Positions 56,101 through 64,000 of a stretch of DNA of 64,000 nt are shown here, piece after piece. The notes under the pieces were generated by a model. The model made no database searches, was not told the DNA's origin, and saw only the letters and a list, made by a program, of their open reading frames with translations. The DNA is from Anaeramoeba ignava BMAN (lineage: Eukaryota; Protista; Anaeramoebae): the NCBI GenBank assembly GCA_028826165.1, contig JAPDFW010000011.1, positions 62,001 through 126,000 of the forward strand. The letters are read 5' to 3'. A program made the position numbers and the translations under genes. Within the stretch, counting starts at the first letter, position 1. The number at the start of each line of letters is the position of its first letter.

Positions 56101-58362
56101 TTTAGTTTCATTTTTATATTCATTTTTAGATTTATCTTTAGTTTCATGTTTAGATTTATTTTTAGTTTCATTTTTAGATTCATTTTTAGATTCATTTTTA
56201 GATTCATTTTTAGATTTATCTTTAGATTTATGTTTAGATTCATTTTTAGATTCATTTTTAGATTCATTTTTAGATTCATTTTTAGATTCATTTTTAGATT
56301 CATTTTTATATTCATTTTTAGATTCATTTTTAGTTTCATTTTTAGATTCATTTTTAGATTCATTTTTAGATTCATTTTTAGATTCATTTTTAGTTTCATT
56401 TTTAGTTTCATTTTTAGTTTCATTTTTAGATTCATTTTTAGATTCATTTTTAGATTCATTTTTATATTCATTTTTAGTTTCATGTTTAGTTTCATGTTTA
56501 GTTTCATGTTTAGTTTCATTTTTAGATTTATCTTTAGATTCATGTTTAGTTTCTTTTTCAATTATTTCTTTTGATTTTTGTGTTGTTTTTGATTCTTTTG
56601 ATAATTTTGGTGTATTATCAGCTGTTTTATCTGATTCTTCAATTTCTTTTCTAAGTTGTTCAAGTTGTGATTCTGTAAAGAATTTCCCAAATGCATTCTA
56701 TTTAATTGAATTTTTATTTATTATTATTAATTATTATAATTGTTTTATATTGTATTTTTTACTTTTGACAAATTGAAATTGAAATTAGATTTATTATTTT
56801 GAATTTGATTTTGAATTTCATTTTCAATTTGATTTTCAATTTGATTTTGATTTTGATTTTGATTTTGATTTTGATTTTGATTTTGATTTTGATTTTAATT
56901 TTGATTTTGATTTTGATTTTGATTTTGATTTTGATTTTGATTTTGATTTTGATTTTGATTTTGATTTTGATTTTGATTTTGATTTTGATTTTGATTTTGA
57001 TTTTGATTTTGATTTTGATTTTGATTTTGATTTTGATTTTGATTTTGATTTTGATTTTGATTTTGAATTTGATTTTGATTTTGATTTTGATTTTGATTTT
57101 GATTTTGATTTTGATTTTGATTTTGATTTTGAATTTGATTTTCATTTTCATTTGGATTTTGATTTTTATTTTGATTTTGATTTTTATTTTGATTTTGATT
57201 TTTATTTTGATTTTCATTTTGATTTTCATTTTGATTTTCATTTTGATTTTGATTTTGATTTTGATTTTCATTTTGATTTTGATTTTGATTTTGATTTTCA
57301 TTTTGAATTTCATTTTGATTTTCATTTTGATTTTCATTTTCATTTTGATTTTGATTTTCATTTTCATTTTCATTCTTGTTTTCATTTGGATGAAGATATT
57401 TATTATTAATGAATAAATCTTCAAAATTTAATATCATTTTTTCTAATGGTGAAACATTTCCAATAGCAAGAAGATTAACATTTGATCTACTTAAATTAGG
57501 ACCAATAACAGCTGCTAAATTTTTAGAATCCATTTTATTCTTTTAGAATATTCTGCTACTTTTTTTAAATATTGAATTAAATATTGAAGAACATCTTGAT
57601 GAATTTTTGGTAATTTTGAAATTAAAACTGAAATTTGATCTAAAGTTCCTGTTTAAATAATTTTTTATTAATTTCATTTCTTGATTAATTGATTTTGTTT
57701 TTGTTTTTGATTTTTTTTTAAATAAAATTAACTGGCTTGATTCCATTTTTCAAATAAATCAAATGTAAATAAAGGTTCAGGTAAATCTCTAAAAAATGTT
57801 TTAAAAACTCCAGCAATAACATTTGGATCTTTAATTTTAGAAAAATCACAATTTCCTCCTTTTTATTTTTATTAATTATTTTTATTAATTATTGAATTTA
57901 GAAAGAAAGAAAGAAAAAAAATTTATTTTCTATTTATGTTTGTTTTTTAAAAATACTTTTATTATAAGAATCAATAACATTTTCAATTTGAGTTAAACTT
58001 CCTGGAACTCGAAATATTCCTGTTAAATTTAATGCTAAATAAATATATAAAATATAATTTAATAAAAATGAAAAAAAAGATTTTTTTATTTTATAAATTT
58101 TATTAATTTACAATTTTTTCAAGATATTCAACTAAATCTCTTAAAACTTTAGGAATATTTCCTTCACAATTTTCTCTTTCAACTAATTTAATAAGTGAAA
58201 CACCAAATATTTTTGTTTCATTTTGATTCTGATTTTGATTATTTTTTTTCTTTTTTAATCGAACTAAAAATTAAAAATTAAAAATTGAAAATTTAAATTA
58301 AAAATTAAAAATTTAAATTTAAATTAATTTTTTTCTGTTTTACAAATGTTTTTAATTGACAT
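53198..58362 (-). pseudogene. FAM13-like RhoGAP copy 2, repeat-expanded and C-terminally disrupted
   Basis: Same exon structure as copy 1, with a 2.1-kb 12-mer insertion and a longer NQ tract. Deletions around 53400-53430 remove EMIPLYSRYYQIKKLL and break the frame. Confidence 0.6.
54470..56553 (-). repeat. Exonic 12-bp minisatellite (AAAAATGAATCT variants; NESK/NETK/HESK/DKSK)
   Basis: About 170 units, absent from copy 1. Confidence 0.92.
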
Positions 58363-58483
58363 TTTGTTTTAAATAAAGAAAAAAAATGAAAAAAATGAAT
58401 TTTGATGATTTATTTTTGCTTTTTTATTTTTTCAAAATTAAGAGAAAAAAAAAAGAAGAAGAGAAAAAAATTTGGTTTTTTTT

Positions 58484-61400
58484 TTAAAAATACTTTTGCC
58501 AATCTTGATTTGGAACTATTGAAAAATCAAGTTCAAAAGGGAGAATTTGATTTGAATTAAATTTATCTTCAAGTGATTGATCTGTATTTGGAAGAGAATC
58601 ATTGGAAATAACAAGTTGATGAAAAATATTAAGATTTTCTTTTGCGATTGGTATTGGATCAAAACTAGAAAATAATTAATAAGATAAAATAAGATTAAAT
58701 TAATAAAATAAGATTAAATTAAATTATAAGATAAAATAAGATTAAATAAAATAAAATAAGATTAAATAAAATAAAATAAGATTAAATAAAATAAAATAAG
58801 ATTAAATAAAATAAAATAAGATTAAATAATTAATAAAATAAGATTAGATTAAATAAAATAAGATTAATAAAATAAGATTAATAAAATATAATAAGATTAA
58901 TAAAATAAAATAAGATTAAATTAAATAATAAGATTAATAAAATAAGATTAAATAAAATAATAAAATAAGATTAAATAAAATAAAATTAAATTAAATAAAA
59001 TAAAATAAGATTAATAAAATTGTTATTTACTCATCTTTTTGGAAATTAATTAAAAGTTTCTCCACTTGATATAAACTAAGAGAAGGACAAATTGTTTGGA
59101 GAACTTCTTGATATTTGTTTTCAGATATTTCTTTTAAAATTGTCTTATTTAATATAATACAATTCGCAGAATCAACTAAGGTTTTAAATTCTTGACTAAA
59201 AATACCAAAAATATTAAAATTTCTTGTTTTTAGAAAAAAAATGTTTTTTTTTGTTCTTTTTGATGATTTTTAAAGAATAAAATACTTCATTGATGTGTAT
59301 CCTTTATCTGAGAGCCATTTTGAAAATTGCTCAATAACATATTTAGTTTGAATAGAATTTGAACAAGTGCACAAATAGATATTTTTGAAAAATTCCAATG
59401 TGAGAAATGAATTGAAGGAGAAACAAAGTTGTCTGATTGCAAATTTCTCAAATTGTTTTGGAACATAATTGTTTTTAAATAAATTAATAATCTCTTGGAA
59501 TCCAGAAATGATATCCGACAAAGAAGCGGTTTTGGGTGAATTGATTTTTTTTGGATTTGATATCATTTGGTGTTCGTGAATAAGAAAGGCTTGAATTGCT
59601 TGTGTTTTGAATTCCTTGATGAAGATGCGATTAAGGGATGAAAAGGCATCGAAAATAAGATGAGAAAATTTCGAAATGAAATCCTTAAGATATTCCAAAT
59701 GAGGAGAAGATTTGCACGAAACGGATTGGTGTATAACAGCAGTAATAAAGAAAACATTTGAGATGATCCAACAAAGTTCAGGCTTTTTCTCTTGGTTTTG
59801 GCTAGTCAAGGAGCTCCAAAAATCGAAGAAGATTTGGAGGAAATCTGAGCAATTATTATGAAAACCGTTTTTCAGCAAAAACTTGACTACTAATAATCCT
59901 GAAGCGGGATATCCTTGGTTTGTGTACTCTTTCTTTCCGAAATAGTATTCTTGTTGGATCAATTTATAAAACTCGACAACTTGGTTGAGTCTTGAGATTG
60001 TCTTTTCTTTGCTTTTGGATGTTTCTTTATCCTCAATTTCGATTGTTTTGCTGAGATTTGTGATCCGCGATTTCTTGATGACGCTTGGAGAAAGATCTTC
60101 AAATTCGTCACTTTGAATATCACTAAGAATTGGTTGTTCTGCTTTGATTTCATCTTTTTGTTTTGTGGGTTGGTCTGGGAATTGGAATTCGAATTGGTCT
60201 TCGAATTGGTCTGAATCAAGGTTTAAATCGTTTTCGTTGTCAGTTGAAAAAGAAAGACTTGAATCATCTAATTCTGATTCTTGATCGAAATCCCATTTCC
60301 AATCTGATTGAAGATCGATATATCCCTTTTGAATGCAATAGTCAATAACGATATGGCTTCGCTTGATTTCTTCTCTCATATCCATGTTGTGGTTCTGTAT
60401 TTTCTCGTAGAATTGTTTGAGTAGACTTTCTGAGCTTTCCAACTGGGTGACTTTGTCAAGTAGCTCAAACTCCTTATTCTTCATTTTTGTTAGTTCTCTT
60501 AATAATTTGCTATTTTCATTTCTTTCTATTTTCAAGTCCTCTTCCAACTTCGATATTTTCACTTGCAATTCTCCAATTGATTTCAGTGTCTTGTTTTTGT
60601 TCATTTTGGCTGTGAACTGCTCTCGGAATTGTTTGAGTTCTTTTTCTTGTTCTTCGTTGCATTTGTTTGAGTTTTGTAGTTGAAGTTCATAGCTTGAGAT
60701 TACTGATGATTGTTGTCGAATTTTTTCCTTCTCGCTTAAAATTTGTTTTTCAAGAAATTGTTTTGATAAAATGAGTGATTCTATCACCTGATATAAATCA
60801 TTAATTTGATTTTCAAAGTGTTTGTTTGGGATATCTTCTTTTTCTTTCTTATTTTGAATTTGAATTTGATTTTGATTTTGATTTTGATTTTGATTTTGAT
60901 TTTGATTTTGATTTTGATTTTGATTTATATTTTGAATTTGAATTTGATTTTGATTTTGATTTTGATTTTGATTTTGATTTTGATTTTGATTTGTGATTTC
61001 TTCTATTATAAATTCAAAAAGAAAAAAAAGTAATCAATTAAAAAGAGAAATGAATTTATTAAAAAACAACACAAACTTGGTTGATCTTTTTCTGAAAATT
61101 GTAAATTGAGATATAATTTGGTTTCAAGAAATTCTTTCTCTAAAAGTAGTTCTTGTGTAAGATTAATTAAATTCGTATTTTCTTTATGCAAATTTAAAGG
61201 AGTATTGTTATTTTCATCTTTTTTTTCATTTTTGGGTTTATTTTGATTTTTCTTCATTTCGAAAATTAATTCAAATTAAAATTTTAAAAAGAAGGAATAA
61301 TTTTTTTTTTGTAATTAAAATAAGATTTACAAGCTTTTTTTCAAGTTTGGAAATCATTTCTTCAAGTTGAATATTCGCAATTTCTAATTCTGCTTTTTTT

Positions 61401-63219
61401 GCTATTTGTTCTTTTAAATGAACATTTTCATGAACAATATTTTCAACTTCATGATTGTCAGGTTTGAGATTTATATTCTTTTGCCATTGCGAAAATGCCA
61501 AGATATTTGAATTGATAATTGGTTCTACTTTCTAAAGAATGAAATTAAATTAAATGAAATTAAATTAAATTAAATTAAATTAAATGAAATGAAATTAAAT
61601 GAAATGAAATTAAATGAAATTAAATTAAATTAAATGAAATTAAATGAAATTAAATGAAATTAAATGAAATTAAATGAAATGAAATTAAATTAAATTAAAT
61701 TAAATGAAATTAAATGAAATGAAATTAAATTAAATGAAATTAAATGAAATTAAATGAAATCTACAGAAACAATATTTTCTTTTTTGTTAAAGAGCTCTTT
61801 GAAATGTTGGAATTTTTTAGTATATTTTTCAATGTCTGCTGTAAGTTCAGAGTTTTTAACAAGAGTAGATTTCAAAGTTGATTCAATTTTCTTAAATTTT
61901 GATTTTTTTTGTTCAAGTTTTGTATGTTCCACATTTAAAAAATCGGATCTAGACATATTTTCGATTTCTTTTTGAAGTTCTATAATTATAATTTTTAATT
62001 ATTGATTTAATTTTTAATTGATTTAATTTTTTATTGATTTAATTTTTAATTGATTTAATTTTTTATTGATTTTTTAACCTTGAATCCGTGATTTTAAAAG
62101 TTTAACTTCAATTAAACATGCATTTGTTGATTCTTGTCTTATAGCATTATTTCTAATTTGCTTTGCCTTTTTGGCAAATTGTAAAGTTGAGAGAGTAGCA
62201 AAAGATGAATTGTGATGAGGAGAAATATTGCAAATAATAGCAGTTTTATGAGAACCACCGATCGAATTCTTGAGAAGAAAAGTGAGTTTTGAATCGGAAA
62301 AAGGAATATATTGATGTTGTTCATTTGAGGCAAGAGAATAAAGAGCACCAATAACGTTGTGCAAAGCAAACAAATTAGGATCTGTTTTTACTTGATTTTT
62401 AAGAGGCATTCCACAAATTTGGTCGTGATTTTCTCTTTGGGAATCTCCAAGATCAACGAAATGAAGTTTTGATATTTGGATGTTAGTGACACCATTTGTT
62501 GTGAAAACTTTTCTTTCGAGGGAGATCGAAAACCACACATGGGAAAGAGAGCTCCCCTTGTTTGAACTTTTGACACTGATCATCTTGCTCTCGTTCCCTT
62601 GACGCAAAACACTCAAGACATCCTTTAGATTGTGAGCAATGACTTCTTTTAATCCGTTGACATCAGGACCCAAAATGGGATTTTTTTGAATATTCAAATT
62701 TGTTGAGGTTGGAGAAAGAAGATCCACAAGAGAATCCTCATAAATTTCGAAGTATTTGCATGTGATTTGGAAGTCTATTTTGGCATTTTTTCTTTCCTTC
62801 TTTTTTTCCGACTTGATTTTTTGGAAAATATCATCAACAATACGCGGAAGTAAACCTCTCATTTGAAAAACAGGGTCTGTTTTCTTTTCTGTTTCAAGGG
62901 ATTCCAATGAACCAAAAAGTGTGAAAGATTTTCCTGAGTATTTATCTCCGAAGGCGATGATTGTTGATGTGAATCCTTGCATAAAGGCATTTGAGAAGGA
63001 TTTTCCAATGAAATTATGAACTTGTTCTTGAGAAGTGTCTTCATCCATAACGTAATCAAACCCAAATAGTTTTGGTGGATCAGTCAAAAGTGCAATTTCG
63101 TTTCGAAGATTCCTCACCTCTATGCATTTATCTGGTCCTTTTTCTATTTCTTCTTCAAGTAAGGGTCTAACTCTTATTAAAACACTTAAATCTCTTTGGA
63201 TTGTTAAATTTGTTGTCAT
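58484..63219 (-). CDS. Kinesin-like motor domain + coiled coil + Dilute (myosin-V tail) domain protein, 7 exons
   Basis: Exon 1: VLIRVRP, GDKYSGKSFT, FEIYED, DSKLTFLL, TLSTLQFA. All downstream GT-AG joins are in phase to IRQLCFSFNSFL...LCTCSNSIQTKYVIEQFSKW...ICPSLSLYQVEKLL...DDFD. Confidence 0.8.
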
Positions 63220-63392
63220 TTATTGAATTAGTTATTTTTTTTTTTAAATCTAAAAGAAGAAAAAAATGAAAGATTGAAAATAAAAAAAAATAAAAAATAT
63301 AAAAAATAAAATTTGGTTTTAATTGTTTAAAAGAAAAAGAAGGAAATTTTTTATTTGAAAAATTTTTTCGTTTTTCTTGATCTTTTCTTTTT

Positions 63393-64000
63393 TTATAATT
63401 CAAATTCGACATTTAAAAATTTTGAAATTGGAGAAGTTTTCTCGAGTTCAAGAGCTGATATGAAACATTTTGCGGCTTCTTTGTAATAGTTTGAAGGATT
63501 ATTATTATCGAGTTGGGCTTTTCTTTGCAAAACTTTTCCAAGACAATACCAGACTCTGTGATTCATTGGATCGAGCCTGATAGAACTTTTGAGAAAAGAT
63601 TCCGCAAGATGGATGTTGTATTGTTTTTCTGTTTGATTTGGTGAAATTTTCTGGTGGTTTTCTGTTGATTTTTGTTGCGGAAGGGAGGAAAGATTTGGAT
63701 CATTAAGATGATTTGAAATCAATGATTCTTTTGGGTTGTCAACAAGGGAGTATTCGTTTTTTGATCTATGAAGATAAGAATGGACATTGGAATTTGGTTT
63801 CAAATGGAGTTTTGATTTTGATTTTGATTTCTGTTGGGGATCGTCTGTTTTGGAGTCTTTGTTGTTGCTGTTGTCATTTCTTTTATTTTTGCTATTATCA
63901 TTATTTTTTGGATTGTCATCATTTCTTTTATTTTTGTTATTATCGTTATTTTTTGGATTGTCAGTATTTTCGCTATCATCACCATTTTCCGAGTCGATAA
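63393..64000 (-). CDS. C-terminal part of a TPR protein, TTC7/Ypp1-like (runs off the window)
   Basis: LAESFLKSSIRLDPMNHRVWYCLGKVL...AAKCFISALELEKTSPI matches the TTC7-type terminal TPRs. Confidence 0.7.
   Translation of the reverse strand, partial: IDSENGDDSENTDNPKNNDNNKNKRNDDNPKNNDNSKNKRNDNSNNKDSKTDDPQQKSKSKSKLHLKPNSNVHSYLHRSKNEYSLVDNPKESLISNHLNDPNLSSLPQQKSTENHQKISPNQTEKQYNIHLAESFLKSSIRLDPMNHRVWYCLGKVLQRKAQLDNNNPSNYYKEAAKCFISALELEKTSPISKFLNVEFEL

Noticed and set aside
54441-56574. 706-aa MNLK and 702-aa FRFI ORFs
   Set aside because: They are alternative frames or the antisense of the 12-bp array; the gene's frame reads NESK-type repeats.

Overview
This is an extremely AT-rich, intron-rich, gene-dense eukaryotic (protist) window read in the standard genetic code. 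BTB-TLDc paralogs, (AAAATT)n-filled introns and Inr-like TCATTT motifs resemble an Anaeramoeba-like metamonad, but that is inference only. I reconstructed about 19 genes by hand across splice sites: an OSBP/ORP lipid-transfer protein, CBF/Mak21 (CEBPZ/Noc1), two tandem BTB-BACK-TLDc genes, USP25/28-like and USP9X/24-like deubiquitinases, a SAPS-like protein, two copies of a SARAF + FAM13-like RhoGAP cassette, a tandem PH-like repeat protein, an RA-RA-PH-CH-CH protein, a Rad6-like E2, adenosine kinase, a Rab, an RPA34-like subunit, a kinesin-Dilute fusion and a partial TTC7-like gene. Most ORF-track ORFs are microsatellite artefacts, and several genes carry apparent homopolymer indels. Highlights: (1) an AT-AC intron with a textbook U12 branch point but a divergent 5' splice site (ATATCAAT), implying a possibly modified minor spliceosome; (2) a kinesin motor domain with degenerate switch I/II motifs spliced in frame to a myosin-V-type Dilute cargo domain; (3) a tandem duplication whose junction creates a phase-compatible chimeric gene; (4) a duplicated two-gene cassette showing reciprocal decay and a 2.1-kb coding minisatellite between direct repeats.
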